64,000 bases of DNA from Escherichia phage dhaeg. Position numbers and translations under genes: made by a program. Position 1 is the stretch's first letter, and each line of letters begins with the position of its first letter. This document shows positions 40,403-50,991 of this stretch, in pieces. The stretch lies in sequence record MN850609.1. One strand, written 5' to 3'. The notes under the pieces are model-generated. The model was not told the origin of the DNA, did not search any database, and was given only the letters and a program-made list of their open reading frames with translations.

Positions 40403-42526
40403 ATGGAAAATTTAAACGAAGTTTTTGATAGTGATTCCGCTAAAAACTATCCAGTAACAAATCTTAAACCAGGCTCCGGTATCCCACAGATTTTCTCTAT
40501 TCAAGCACCAGGTAACGATAACCTGGTTGCTCGTATGGTATCTTATGCGTCTCAAGGAGACGCTATTAAAATGGTTAAGCCCGGCGACAAATACGTTCAT
40601 GTTATTTTAATGAGTTTGTCGAGCAAGGGTGCTCCAGCTGAACTAAAAGGTGGCCTTGGTTCCGACCCACTTGGTACATTGAATACTATTTTCGATACGA
40701 TATATGAACAAGTAAATAAACTTAAAATGGATGCGGTTTTGTTCCGTTTCCCTACCAAGAAAATGAAAGGTAAGGGCCCTACTGTTCAGCGTGTATTAGC
40801 TCGTTTGGCGATGGCACGTACCGGTGGTAAGTTTAAAGTTGTCGATAGCATGTTCCAGTTTAGTGGTAAACATACATACGTTCTTTTAGCACGTCGTGGC
40901 ACTAATATCGAAGATATCAAGGGTATGCCTGAAATTGATGCGGACCTTTATACCAAGGTTGAGTCTAAAGTCGGTGAAGTTTATGTTTCTAAGAAAACCG
41001 GCCAGGCCGTAAGTAAGGTCGAAGCCGTAGCAGCATCTATTGCACAGGTTGAAGAGAAACGTACCGATAAGGCTGTTATCTCTCGTACTAAAATTTCCCG
41101 TCGTATGGCTGCAGCAGCGCAGTATTCTACTGCCGAACCTGAAACTTTATCACCTAAAGAATTGCAGGTTTATAACGAGTTTGAAGCTTCCGTCCCTGTT
41201 CACTCGGCCGAAGGCCCTGAGAACGAAGGTATTGAACAAATTAGCCAGAACTTTAAAAAAGGTGCTATTACTAAAATGCGTCAGGCCTCTCAGTTTAAAT
41301 CTAAGAGTGAGGACCTTGCCAACTTTAGATACACCATTGCTCTCACACACGCTTTAATGACTGATAGTAAATTTAAACTAAATTATGCTAATAGAGATAA
41401 ACAAGGGTTTGAAATTTACTCTAATAATATGGCATTTTTTAATACGGAAGTCGATAGACTTTTAAGCGGCCTTTCTCAAATCAATACTACCAATAGTCTG
41501 GATATTATTAAGAGAATTGTTAATAACCTGAGTGCCCGTTTTCAGGGGTCTCCTTCAGAGAAAGCATCCCGAATTGCTTTCGCTATGGAAGCCGTTTATA
41601 AACTGATTAACGATTCTATTAGCGATGCATATGCTTATTCAGGCGAGCTCATTAAACCTAAGGGCTTGACCAAAGACGAAAGTAATGCCATTATTGAATA
41701 TTGTGCGGCTGAATATGCTCCTATGAACTTATTCCTTTTAGGTAAACCTGAATCCGAAAACAATACAACAGCTATTAAATTGATTAAGGATTTAGACTCA
41801 GCATTTACCAAGGGTATTAAACTTCCTAAGGGTACTATTTTGTATCGTGGTCAGGATTTACCATACAAAATTCTGCGCCATAATATTGATAACAAAACCT
41901 TTTACTTTAAGAACTTTGTATCCGCTTCATTAAAGCCTAATATCTTTGGTGAATTTGGTAAAAATTATATGGCCCTCGACAACCAAGCAGTTTTTGTTGG
42001 TGATGAAGGTTCTTTATCCTCCGCCGATGAGTTGTTTAAATTGGCCAGTGGTAGTTCATCTGACGTAGGTGAAGTTGATGATGAAGAGGTAGAATGGGAA
42101 GAAGACGAGTTTGGTAATCCAATTGCACCTGAAGGCCCTGCAGACAGGATTGCTGAAATTGGTATGGTTATTCGAGGTGCTGAAGCAGTTAAAGTTATCG
42201 CTCCTGGTGACCTTACAGAATATGCCGAAGAAGCGGAAATTATCCTTCCGCGCGGATTATTGTTGAAGGTTGATAAAGTAGCAGCTTTTGCTATGAATGA
42301 TAGGGTATCTCACAAATACCTTATGGAAGCTACAGTGACATCTCCTTCAGAACTCAGTGAGTCCGTTTACGATGGTGACCATCTGATGGAAACCGGCGAA
42401 GTTAAATTGATGAATGGGTTTAAAGAATTCCTAGTTTCAGAATCTGTTTCAGAAAGTAACGAGGCTATGGAAATCCTTGCTGCATCTTTGGACATCTCTT
42501 CTTTACCAAATAAATTCAAAATGTAG
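40403..42526 (+). CDS. Alt-like ADP-ribosyltransferase, paralog 2
   Basis: 707 aa; first ~230 aa closely similar to paralog 1, divergent middle; ART signature (LYRGQ, FVSASL, EEAEIILPRG). Confidence 0.85.
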   Translation: MENLNEVFDSDSAKNYPVTNLKPGSGIPQIFSIQAPGNDNLVARMVSYASQGDAIKMVKPGDKYVHVILMSLSSKGAPAELKGGLGSDPLGTLNTIFDTIYEQVNKLKMDAVLFRFPTKKMKGKGPTVQRVLARLAMARTGGKFKVVDSMFQFSGKHTYVLLARRGTNIEDIKGMPEIDADLYTKVESKVGEVYVSKKTGQAVSKVEAVAASIAQVEEKRTDKAVISRTKISRRMAAAAQYSTAEPETLSPKELQVYNEFEASVPVHSAEGPENEGIEQISQNFKKGAITKMRQASQFKSKSEDLANFRYTIALTHALMTDSKFKLNYANRDKQGFEIYSNNMAFFNTEVDRLLSGLSQINTTNSLDIIKRIVNNLSARFQGSPSEKASRIAFAMEAVYKLINDSISDAYAYSGELIKPKGLTKDESNAIIEYCAAEYAPMNLFLLGKPESENNTTAIKLIKDLDSAFTKGIKLPKGTILYRGQDLPYKILRHNIDNKTFYFKNFVSASLKPNIFGEFGKNYMALDNQAVFVGDEGSLSSADELFKLASGSSSDVGEVDDEEVEWEEDEFGNPIAPEGPADRIAEIGMVIRGAEAVKVIAPGDLTEYAEEAEIILPRGLLLKVDKVAAFAMNDRVSHKYLMEATVTSPSELSESVYDGDHLMETGEVKLMNGFKEFLVSESVSESNEAMEILAASLDISSLPNKFKM

Positions 42527-42556
42527 TTTACAACACCACAAGGATGTGGTACTATT
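42526..42556 (+). promoter_or_regulatory. early promoter cassette
   Basis: gtttac 42526-42531, ccaca/tgtgg inverted repeat, tactat 42551-42556. Confidence 0.5.
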
Positions 42557-42583
42557 ACCTTACACAAACATGAGGAGAACATT

Positions 42584-42874
42584 ATGAAATCTGCATTCCG
42601 TTTTAATGGTCAAGAACTGGTAGTTGAAAACGTTATCCCTGCTTCTGAAGAGTTCGACAGTGCAGTAGGTAATGAATTACGTCGAGTTTTCGGCGAAGAC
42701 AAACAGTTCGACTTACGCCCGGTTGAAAATTTTTCACAACCTGAGCAAACCGAAAATATTTTTAATGGTGTAGTAACCGGTCAGCTTGAATCTGAAGCTC
42801 CTATTTCTATCACGGTCTTTGTTAAAAAGCAGCCATTAATGACCGCTGCAGGTTTTATCTCGTTCCGTAAATAA
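42584..42874 (+). CDS. hypothetical protein (96 aa)
   Basis: SD catgaggagaacatt; followed by terminator. Confidence 0.5.
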   Translation: MKSAFRFNGQELVVENVIPASEEFDSAVGNELRRVFGEDKQFDLRPVENFSQPEQTENIFNGVVTGQLESEAPISITVFVKKQPLMTAAGFISFRK

Positions 42875-42883
42875 ACCCCTAAA

Positions 42884-42908
42884 GGAGAGCGTAAGCTCTC
42901 CTTTTTTG
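42884..42908 (+). terminator. intrinsic terminator
   Basis: ggagagc-gtaa-gctctcc + TTTTTTG. Confidence 0.7.
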
Positions 42909-43862
42909 TTATAACAACCTGGATACTCCATTATTAATAGCACGCCCACCAAATGTATTAACCAACCCGGTCAATCCACTAGAAGCTCCTGAAAGTCTAC
43001 TTAATTTAGCTACAGAAGAACTTAATGAGTTACTCTCACTTATACCTGCTACGCCTTTAAGGACTTTATCTTCCAGCCATTCATAAGCAGCTTGTTTACC
43101 GACTGCACCCGTCTGTACACTTCTATAAGCAAATGTAACATCAAACGAAGCAATCTGGTTATCGCCATCATAAGATAATTCCGGCGATGAAACACTTACA
43201 GGAACACATCCATTAAGCATTACTACCGTATGTGGCAATCCATTACGAGAATGAAGGTTGACTTGGATATCGGCTTCAACATCCTCTGGCAATGCTCTTA
43301 ATTGTGTAATAGGGTCTTGGACACTGTTGACCCAATCATTAAAAGCACGGTAGTTAGCAGCTTCAGAATCCATACGGAAGCTTAATACCAATGGAGAATA
43401 TTCTCTTCCGGTAATTTTGATATTAGGCGAGTTGTGATTCAAATCCATTTCATAGTTCAAAGTATTATCTGGGATTTTAACAGCATGGACTAAAAGACCT
43501 GCCGTAGGATAAGCCATATTGAAAAAATCCATCAGATAAGTCCCGACTTCAAACTCACCTAGTAAGCTCTGCACAACCCTGGATGACATAGCACCAATCA
43601 GATATTTACTTATGCCTGACTTACGAATCAACTTCTGAGTGCCCGCGGTCACTAATGTCGTAACACCTTGAGTCAACTCTCCTTGAGTAATTCCAAACAA
43701 ATCAGTGTTCAATGGGATATTGTTAAATAAAGCTCCACCGAACTGGTCGAGGAGCGCTTGGGATTTAGAAGAAGGAACTGTAGCAAATACTACACTAAAC
43801 AGGTTATTCCTCTGTAGGTCAATATTAATTGCCTGGTTTTGAAATTCTTGTAAAGTATACAT
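42909..43862 (-). CDS. 54: baseplate tail-tube initiator gp54
   Basis: 317 aa (T4 gp54 about 320 aa); position downstream of gp48. Confidence 0.8.
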   Translation of the reverse strand: MYTLQEFQNQAINIDLQRNNLFSVVFATVPSSKSQALLDQFGGALFNNIPLNTDLFGITQGELTQGVTTLVTAGTQKLIRKSGISKYLIGAMSSRVVQSLLGEFEVGTYLMDFFNMAYPTAGLLVHAVKIPDNTLNYEMDLNHNSPNIKITGREYSPLVLSFRMDSEAANYRAFNDWVNSVQDPITQLRALPEDVEADIQVNLHSRNGLPHTVVMLNGCVPVSVSSPELSYDGDNQIASFDVTFAYRSVQTGAVGKQAAYEWLEDKVLKGVAGISESNSLSSSVAKLSRLSGASSGLTGLVNTFGGRAINNGVSRLL

Positions 43863-44956
43863 TAGAATCCTTCCGTATAAAGTGAGCCACGGTTCAAAGT
43901 AATGATTTCACGGAAAGTAACTTCTAAACTAAACGTAGATGGTAAGTTAGGAGCAATAGCCAAACCGTTAAAATGTCCATCAGGAGTTTTATCAAATCGT
44001 ATACTTTGGATTTGGCAGGGTCCGAAAATATCTTCACGGCCATCGTATGAACTACTATCACCAAAGTTTCGAATATACCAAATAGTTGGGTTACTTACCA
44101 CAATAACATTAGAAAGGAAGCTCGTAATACCTTCGCCTAATAGTTTGCCGTCAAAGTTATCAATAGCTTCTTTTTTAAATGTGGAACGGTACCAAGTATC
44201 AATCTTCTCTTTTAATTCACCGGCGAAGGCAGAGTTACCGGTTTCACCATAAGAATAGTAATTAAAGATTTCGTATATTTTAATAATCTGAATAAGGTCT
44301 TGGGCGTTTCTAGGGGTCATTTCCCAAGTAAATACCTTAGTACGGTTATCTGGCCCTGCATACATACTACGGGCGGTTGTGTATATTTGCTCACCTGAAT
44401 CGGCCATTACGCCGTTAGTTACGGATTCCAATGCTCCAAATACAGCAGTACTGGCAACGTTACTCAAAATACCGGTAGCAGTACCACCACCTTTAGTAAT
44501 TAATGATTCGCCTACATCATTAAATTTATGGGTAACCGAATCAACATCAGATTTAGAACGTGGGAGCAAAATATTGGCTAAAGCCTGGCTATCAAATTTA
44601 ACTCCTTTAGAGTTGTTACTAAACAAGTTTTTAACCGCACTGAATCCTCCGGTATTACCGGTAAGTTTACTAGCGGCTTTTGAAAACTTTTTAGTCATTT
44701 GGCTTGAACGGTCATTACGCAAATCGGGTGATACACGAGAGCTAAAATTATATGCTGTAAAAAGTAGCCCGTTTTTATATAAATCGCTTAACACCATATC
44801 CGTAGAGGTGTCATTACCAGAGGCCCTTTCTGCCGGGTATTGGGCCGTTACTGTAGTTTGGACCGGTTTAGCTTTAGACTGGCCGGCGGAGGTCTTTGAA
44901 CCTCCTTTAAACAAGGAGGCTACGTCAATGTCAATTTCTTTTACTTTCATTATCAA
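43862..44956 (-). CDS. 48: baseplate tail-tube cap gp48
   Basis: 364 aa, same as T4 gp48; synteny 29-48-54. Confidence 0.8.
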   Translation of the reverse strand: MIMKVKEIDIDVASLFKGGSKTSAGQSKAKPVQTTVTAQYPAERASGNDTSTDMVLSDLYKNGLLFTAYNFSSRVSPDLRNDRSSQMTKKFSKAASKLTGNTGGFSAVKNLFSNNSKGVKFDSQALANILLPRSKSDVDSVTHKFNDVGESLITKGGGTATGILSNVASTAVFGALESVTNGVMADSGEQIYTTARSMYAGPDNRTKVFTWEMTPRNAQDLIQIIKIYEIFNYYSYGETGNSAFAGELKEKIDTWYRSTFKKEAIDNFDGKLLGEGITSFLSNVIVVSNPTIWYIRNFGDSSSYDGREDIFGPCQIQSIRFDKTPDGHFNGLAIAPNLPSTFSLEVTFREIITLNRGSLYTEGF

Positions 44957-44958
44957 TC

Positions 44959-46695
44959 CTAATTAACTTTAGTAGCTTGACGCATACCAGGAGCAGGAGT
45001 AGAAGACTGTGGTGGTAAATTATAACTGGTCTTACTCGTTTTCTTGATATTCGTTTGCTGATTTATTTGAGTTGGAGCTTGCTGACTATATTTAGCATTT
45101 TCCTTTGCTCTCATTTGCTCGTCAACCTTTTTAACCTGGGTGTTTTCAGGAGATTCCGCTACAGAAGCAGGTTTAGGCTTTTCAGCTTCGTTAAATTTCT
45201 CTAAAGATTTATTCATCTTATCAAGTAATTGCTGGATATTAAGGTCCTTAGGTGCTCCACCTTTAGCCATAATAGGGTCAGCCAATTGTTTCTCGATATC
45301 CGCTTTAAATGCCTTGGCATTTTCGATATCTTTAGAATCAGGCTTCATTATATTATCGGCGGTTTGAGTTAAACGAATAATATCGGCCTGTGCTTTATCA
45401 CGTTTCTTGAAATACTCTAAACGTTCTTCTTCAGGGAGGTCACGGAAGCTTGTGTCAATTCCACCTGCGCGTAATTGGTCAGCTTGTTCTTTAGTAAGGT
45501 TACCGTATTTCTCTGCCTGGTTTATAAGCTCGGGTTTATCCTTATACTTCTTATTCATTTTCTCGGCTGCTTCTAAAGCCTCGGCAGAACGTCTATCATG
45601 ATACTTGGCTACTTTAGTTTGGTCTTCGTCATCTAAAGTGGCTCCGGTATTTTGTTGATATGACATTAAAGCGGATGCCTCTACGTTTTCAGCCAACTCG
45701 CCCATACCTGGTATTTTACTTAAAATAGCAGAAATCAATTTAGAAATACCGAGCATTAACAGTTGTGCCATATTTTTGGTAAGATTAACCATACCGCGAA
45801 TAATAGCTTCTGCCAGACCTAGCCAATTTCTTTCGCTAAACATAGCTTCAGCATTCTTGGCCCAGGTCATTAAGCCTTCAAGTACAGGTCCCCACTCTTT
45901 AAACTTATCGTTAAATTTTTTCCATCCTTCATTAAATTGGTCCATGAAATATTGGAAGTATACACGAATAGCATCTATACCAAATATTAAAAGGGCTAAA
46001 CCTGCGGCAAGTTTAGCGGCTTCTGCAGCAGCAGTAATAGTATACTTAAAAAGCATGCCTGAAATTCTATCAGCGACGCCTATAGAAGCTTTAAATCCTT
46101 TTTCGGTTATTTTTGTAAGGGCTTCGATTTTATCAGAAAGAGAAGACTTATCACCTTCTTTACCTTCATCCGAATTTTTAGGAGGCTCTGGCATAAATTC
46201 GGCGTCAGGTTTATTATCTTCAGGCGGAAGAATATCTTCAACAACAGCAGGGACTTTAGGAGTTTCGGCCTTGGGTTCTTCCGGAATAGAGTCTTCAATA
46301 ACCTTTAATGAGCTCCCGTCCGGTGGAATAGAAATACCGGAAAATTTAGCCTCCAACATATTAGAAAGCTTATTAATCTTTTCGTTTAATGCATCCGAAA
46401 GAGCTTTAGACTGTTGGGTTTGTTCTGATATAGCTTCAGCTGTTAATTCTGTTCCAGCGACAACGTCTTGGACGCTTTTATCTACTCTATCTACAGAATT
46501 AATAATCTGATTGGACTTTGTCTCAACCACTTCAGAGAGCAATTCAGACGCCGCCTGGGAATCAGATAAAACATCTGATATATTTCCTAATTCATCGTTC
46601 TGAGTTTGGGCTAGCGCCTCAGCACGACGCTGAGGAGCCATTTCTTCAATCAGTTTATTGCGACGAAAACTATTCTGATTAGATTCATTCTTCAT
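44959..46695 (-). CDS. 29: tail-length tape measure / baseplate hub protein gp29
   Basis: 578 aa (T4 gp29 about 590 aa); coiled-coil-rich with internal hydrophobic segment. Confidence 0.8.
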   Translation of the reverse strand: MKNESNQNSFRRNKLIEEMAPQRRAEALAQTQNDELGNISDVLSDSQAASELLSEVVETKSNQIINSVDRVDKSVQDVVAGTELTAEAISEQTQQSKALSDALNEKINKLSNMLEAKFSGISIPPDGSSLKVIEDSIPEEPKAETPKVPAVVEDILPPEDNKPDAEFMPEPPKNSDEGKEGDKSSLSDKIEALTKITEKGFKASIGVADRISGMLFKYTITAAAEAAKLAAGLALLIFGIDAIRVYFQYFMDQFNEGWKKFNDKFKEWGPVLEGLMTWAKNAEAMFSERNWLGLAEAIIRGMVNLTKNMAQLLMLGISKLISAILSKIPGMGELAENVEASALMSYQQNTGATLDDEDQTKVAKYHDRRSAEALEAAEKMNKKYKDKPELINQAEKYGNLTKEQADQLRAGGIDTSFRDLPEEERLEYFKKRDKAQADIIRLTQTADNIMKPDSKDIENAKAFKADIEKQLADPIMAKGGAPKDLNIQQLLDKMNKSLEKFNEAEKPKPASVAESPENTQVKKVDEQMRAKENAKYSQQAPTQINQQTNIKKTSKTSYNLPPQSSTPAPGMRQATKVN

Positions 46696-47206
46696 TTAAG
46701 ATATCCATGATTTTAAGCAATCCTTTGATAGGACCATTAGGACCAGGGATAGCTACAGTAGAAGTTATATCGTCGGCCCATGTAGCAACAAAGGCAGGCA
46801 TATCCAGAAAATCTGGTACATCGTTACCAAGGTAAAGAGATTGTAATACACTATCAACCGGACCAAAGGTTTGGAATGGTTCGTGCGATTTGAATTTAAA
46901 TGTTTTACCTTGGAATTGGAATTCAAGTCGCTGGCAGATATAAAGGTCATTTAGGTTATACGTAAACCCGTCCTTAGTTACCTTTTCTTTCAACCGTCCG
47001 TTGAATTCTAAAAGATGAAGAGCAGCGAAATCGGTTTCGGCCGCAGTTAAACCCTTATAAATGGAATTCATTAATATATGAAGAGCTTTATATGGGTCTT
47101 TTTCATCTTTAACCAATTTTTGGTGTTTAAGACCTAATTTAGGAATGGAAATCTCTTTATCACCCAGCGTTATTTTCTTGATCGGGAGTATCAGTTTTAA
47201 GTTCAT
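46685..47206 (-). CDS. 28: baseplate hub distal subunit gp28
   Basis: about 173 aa from MNLKLILP (T4 gp28 about 177 aa); exact start uncertain (track ORF starts at 47248). Confidence 0.65.
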   Translation of the reverse strand: MNLKLILPIKKITLGDKEISIPKLGLKHQKLVKDEKDPYKALHILMNSIYKGLTAAETDFAALHLLEFNGRLKEKVTKDGFTYNLNDLYICQRLEFQFQGKTFKFKSHEPFQTFGPVDSVLQSLYLGNDVPDFLDMPAFVATWADDITSTVAIPGPNGPIKGLLKIMDILNEE

Positions 47207-48329
47207 TTTTAACCTTCGGTGGTTCTTCAATCTTAATAGGCTTACCATTAGTAAACATATAAAGGTTTGTAATTGATGTATTGTTACTCACTTCATGAAT
47301 AACTTCGTCTACATAAAAATCGTACTGGAATTGGTTTTTAGGGTCATAGAAATTAATCTTATCACCTGGAGTTAATTCAAAGTTACCGTATACCTTACAA
47401 TGAGCATAGCCATCATACTGGGCCATTGTAACTAATCTATCAGCTTCTTCAAATCCGTTTCGGTAGGTATAATCAGAATATCCACCTGAACGAGAAACCA
47501 ATATACTGTTTTGTCCATCACCAAAAGTAATTCGTGTAGCGTTTTTATCTAGGAACGAATGGGCATATACTGTAGCATTTTCGTATGGCTTTCTGGTATG
47601 TTGGTTAGCTTTAGTTAGCCACTCAAAATCAAATGCAATAGGGGTATCCATATCTTGGACGTATTGGCCTATTAAACGAGGCTCACCAACCACAAAATTG
47701 ATAGGCTCCTGATTAACCATAAATTCGTAGTCCATGATAGAAATACCATCTATATCTTCCCAGACAAATACAAATTTATCGGATTCAACAGCCATACCTA
47801 CTTCTCGCACAAATTCCATATATCTGTCCATAGAATCACACCACGGAACATTAGGAACGTAAACGTTTATTCCGTTCAAAGGAGGAGCAAGTAACGGACG
47901 GTCTTGGTAAATAACACCAATCATTTCTGTTAATGTTTCTTGAACGCTAGGGAAGAACATACGTCCGAATTTAAGATTTTCTAAAAAGTGGATAGGGGCG
48001 AGTTGTATTGTTATGATATTGTCGCCCTTAGAATCCACCCCTACTGCAAAGTGTTTACTTCCGTAAATTCTTGATTGGGTACGTTCAGAGTTGGCATTCT
48101 TAACAGAAACTTGGATAATTTGTTCACCATCCATTTTAGTATGAAGGTTTTTTGCATCATAAAACTGGAGCAATCCTTCATTACTACCGTAAAGGCCATC
48201 ACGCATTGTTAGGGTAGTAAATGTCGCGCCTAGTTCAACAAAACGATGCTCTAACCAGGCGTCATAATCTTCGTAAAGGCGTATACTAATATTAGGAAAG
48301 CCTTCACGCTGCATAGTTTTTGAACTCAT
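47160..48329 (-). CDS. 27: baseplate hub subunit gp27
   Basis: 389 aa (T4 gp27 about 391 aa); synteny 51-27-28-29. Confidence 0.8.
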   Translation of the reverse strand: MSSKTMQREGFPNISIRLYEDYDAWLEHRFVELGATFTTLTMRDGLYGSNEGLLQFYDAKNLHTKMDGEQIIQVSVKNANSERTQSRIYGSKHFAVGVDSKGDNIITIQLAPIHFLENLKFGRMFFPSVQETLTEMIGVIYQDRPLLAPPLNGINVYVPNVPWCDSMDRYMEFVREVGMAVESDKFVFVWEDIDGISIMDYEFMVNQEPINFVVGEPRLIGQYVQDMDTPIAFDFEWLTKANQHTRKPYENATVYAHSFLDKNATRITFGDGQNSILVSRSGGYSDYTYRNGFEEADRLVTMAQYDGYAHCKVYGNFELTPGDKINFYDPKNQFQYDFYVDEVIHEVSNNTSITNLYMFTNGKPIKIEEPPKVKNELKTDTPDQENNAG

Positions 48330-49078
48330 TTCTTAAGGTCCTTTTCAACCAAAGACAAAGCAATACCGCGTTCGATTGGAATCATCTGCATAATGCTTTC
48401 TAATGAATAATTGTTCTTTACCAATAAATGGTTTATTTGGTAAAATAAAAATATCTCATCCGGATTGACTATAAGCTTAAACACCTCTAAAATATCGGTA
48501 TACGTAATTGTTCTACGATTACAGCATCCATATTTGAGTTCGAAATGAATAGGGCTTGTTTGTTTGACTATATCCTCTAAAGTGGATAAGTCTATAGCAT
48601 CTATTACGGCCAACTGGTCTTCTTCAGAAAGGTCAGTCCAATTATATGTCCCATTTTCATCTTCGACGGTTTGGAGGGTGTTCAAAATCAATTCAGATTT
48701 GTCGTGATATTCTATTTCCGGAAATTTGAATGTTAGTTTCAAGCCAGCCACTTCAATTGTAGGGTTATCTAACTTGGCCTGTTTCAAATTGAATAAGACT
48801 TGTTTATCCTTTTCACACTTACTGCAAGTGTATCGGATAGGAATTTTGGTCTTGCCGAGTGATGACGTGTAAAGTTCAATGAACATATACGGGCGCCATG
48901 ACATAGGATATTCACCGAAGTATTCTTCCAGTAACTCATCTAAAATTTGTTTTTGCTCTTCAGGTGATTTATTATTCATGTCATTTCGAATCAAAATAAA
49001 ATCACGATAATCAGCTACTGTAAAAGGTTTAAATCGGTGGACTCCATCGGGCATTTCACAACGTACTATATTAGCCAT
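48326..49078 (-). CDS. 51: baseplate hub assembly catalyst gp51
   Basis: 250 aa from [12 protein letters not shown] (T4 gp51 about 249 aa); SD gagga; Cys-rich. Confidence 0.75.
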   Translation of the reverse strand: MANIVRCEMPDGVHRFKPFTVADYRDFILIRNDMNNKSPEEQKQILDELLEEYFGEYPMSWRPYMFIELYTSSLGKTKIPIRYTCSKCEKDKQVLFNLKQAKLDNPTIEVAGLKLTFKFPEIEYHDKSELILNTLQTVEDENGTYNWTDLSEEDQLAVIDAIDLSTLEDIVKQTSPIHFELKYGCCNRRTITYTDILEVFKLIVNPDEIFLFYQINHLLVKNNYSLESIMQMIPIERGIALSLVEKDLKK

Positions 49079-49098
49079 AGGGTGTCCTCTTATTGATG

Positions 49099-49110
49099 TA
49101 TTTATAAATA
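49099..49110. promoter_or_regulatory. palindromic bidirectional late promoter (TATTTATAAATA) for genes 51 and 26
   Basis: TATAAATA readable on both strands at the divergent 51/26 junction. Confidence 0.55.
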
Positions 49111-49128
49111 AGCTTAAAGGAGAAGACA

Positions 49129-49752
49129 ATGAATTATACTTTTGACGTAAAAATTAAAAACAAAACCATAAAATGCAGAGCATTTACCCTCAGAGAGTAT
49201 AAGGACTTGCTCCAAGCTAAATTAGAAGGCAGAATAGAGTCCTTTATCAATGAACTCATTTCGAATTGCACAGATGCTCGTGATTTAAACAAGCAAGAAT
49301 CTGAGCTCCTGGTGATAAACCTGTGGGCCCATTCATTAGCTGAAGTTAATATAGAACGTGAGTGGGTTTGTAGTTGTGGTCGCTCACAGGTTGTTCCTAT
49401 GACACTAACTCGCGCAACATTAGGTAAAGAGCCAGATGTTATTAAAGACTTTGGCAACTTTAAAATCGTGTTCAGATATCCTAAACTCTTTGAAGATAAA
49501 AATAGAGCTATGATGGTCGCAGGGTGTATCGATTATATTTTAACTTCTGCAGGCGAAAAGCTTTTTCTTTCCGATTTAAGTGATGCGGAACTTGATGACC
49601 TTTATTCTGTGATAACAGAAAAAGATATAAAAGAAGTTTATGATGCTCTAGTTGCCCCTAAGCCTATTTTGGCCATACCTATTTCTTGTGAATGTGGTGA
49701 ACATACCGTCCATGTTATTGAGGGACTTAAAGAGTTCTTTAAGGTGATGTAA
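49129..49752 (+). CDS. 26: baseplate hub subunit gp26
   Basis: 207 aa (T4 gp26 208 aa); aaggagaagacaATG. Confidence 0.8.
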   Translation: MNYTFDVKIKNKTIKCRAFTLREYKDLLQAKLEGRIESFINELISNCTDARDLNKQESELLVINLWAHSLAEVNIEREWVCSCGRSQVVPMTLTRATLGKEPDVIKDFGNFKIVFRYPKLFEDKNRAMMVAGCIDYILTSAGEKLFLSDLSDAELDDLYSVITEKDIKEVYDALVAPKPILAIPISCECGEHTVHVIEGLKEFFKVM

Positions 49753-50141
49753 TGAATATCAATAAAATGTATTCAGATTTAGACCCTGAAATGAGGACGT
49801 CTTGGAATAGAGACGTCGCTAAAGCTACAGGGGCCCGTGCAGTAAAAAACAGTTTGCTAGGCATTATTACCACCCGTAAGGGTTCTCGCCCTTTTATGCC
49901 TGAATTTGGTTGTGATATCAGTAATCAACTATTTGAGAATATTACTCCATTAATCACAGATACCATTAAGCGTAATATAGTTTCCGCTGTGCGGAACTTC
50001 GAACCTAGAATTTCTGCTCTTGCCGTAGGCGTTACCCCTGTTTATGATGACAACTCTATTATAGTAACTGTCCAGTTTAGTATTGTTGATGACCCGGATA
50101 CATTAGAGCAAATTAGAATCCAGCTCTCACAGAGTGGTTAA
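49752..50141 (+). CDS. 25: baseplate wedge protein gp25 (gpW/lysozyme-like fold)
   Basis: 129 aa; NINK.YSD.DPEM...WN.DV....G.R..KNSLLGIITTRKGSRPF.PEFGCD...QLFEN.TPL..DT..RNI.SAVRN.EPRI match T4 gp25. Confidence 0.95.
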   Translation: MNINKMYSDLDPEMRTSWNRDVAKATGARAVKNSLLGIITTRKGSRPFMPEFGCDISNQLFENITPLITDTIKRNIVSAVRNFEPRISALAVGVTPVYDDNSIIVTVQFSIVDDPDTLEQIRIQLSQSG

Positions 50142-50199
50142 TTGCTGTTCAAATGAATAGTGTATAATGGTCCTATGGTTATTACACAGGAAACATGCG

Positions 50200-50634
50200 A
50201 TGAGTAAAGAGATTGAATATAAATTGGAATCATTCCAAGATGCATTAGATGAAGATTTAAAGATTGATGGGACCCGTTTACAGTATGAAGTACAGAACAA
50301 CGTTTTGCTGCACAGCAAATGGCTAAGGCTGTATACGAATTGTAAGAAAGAGATAATGCGATTAGAAATCCAGAAAAAGACCTCTCTTAAGAAGCGATTA
50401 GATTTCTACACGGGACGTGGAGAGCCCGGTGATGAGGTTTGTATGGACCAGTATGAGAAGTCAGAATTAAAGACTGTAATGGCCGCAGATTCTAGCGTGA
50501 TTAAAATAGATACATCAATTCAATATTGGGCTTTATTACAGGACTTTTGTAGTTCAGCCCTTGATGCTATTAAAGCGCGAGGTTTTAACCTTAAGACCAT
50601 GCATGAGATGAGGCAATTTGAGGCAGGTAAATAA
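50200..50634 (+). CDS. uvsY: UvsY recombination mediator
   Basis: 144 aa from MSKEIEY; LQYE..NNV.L.SKWL, MRLE.QKK..LK.RLD.Y.GRG, YEKSE.KTV..AD..V.K.DTS.QYW..L.DFCS.ALDAIK.RGF match T4 UvsY. Confidence 0.92.
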   Translation: MSKEIEYKLESFQDALDEDLKIDGTRLQYEVQNNVLLHSKWLRLYTNCKKEIMRLEIQKKTSLKKRLDFYTGRGEPGDEVCMDQYEKSELKTVMAADSSVIKIDTSIQYWALLQDFCSSALDAIKARGFNLKTMHEMRQFEAGK

Positions 50635-50732
50635 TGAGACGTACTAAAAATACCAAACCCATTAAAGTAGATGCCGATAAGATGAAACTTCTCCAAGAAT
50701 TCATTAATGCCGCTTTAGCAAGTAATAAATAG
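50634..50732 (+). CDS. small ORF (uvsY.-1-like, 32 aa)
   Basis: TAATG-coupled small ORF. Confidence 0.35.
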   Translation: MRRTKNTKPIKVDADKMKLLQEFINAALASNK

Positions 50733-50760
50733 ATATGTAAGATAAACTAAGGAGACAATC

Positions 50761-50928
50761 ATGTCAGATAAGATTTGCGTTGTCTGTAAAACTCCAATCG
50801 ATGCTGCATTGGTTGTTGAAACAGAAAAAGGTCCGGTTCATCCGGGTCCATGTTATAATTACGTTCAAAGCATGCCTGTTACGGAAAACACTGAAGAACA
50901 GCTGAACGAAACCCAATTATTACTTTAG
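50761..50928 (+). CDS. small Cys-containing protein (uvsY.-2-like, 55 aa)
   Basis: aaggagacaatcATG; CVVCKTP...PGPCYNY putative zinc ribbon. Confidence 0.45.
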   Translation: MSDKICVVCKTPIDAALVVETEKGPVHPGPCYNYVQSMPVTENTEEQLNETQLLL

Positions 50929-50958
50929 TCTAGTGTGTATAGCCATTTTATGGTTATT

Positions 50959-50990
50959 GGCCCTTCCGAAAGGTTGGGCCCTTTTTTGTT
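50959..50990 (+). terminator. intrinsic terminator after uvsY operon
   Basis: ggccc-ttccgaaaggtt-gggcc + TTTTTTGTTTTT. Confidence 0.65.
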
Positions 50991-50991
50991 T

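Noticed and set aside
45776-46510. 244-aa plus-strand ORF
   Set aside because: Antisense to gene 29; Ser/Leu/Ala-rich low-complexity product.
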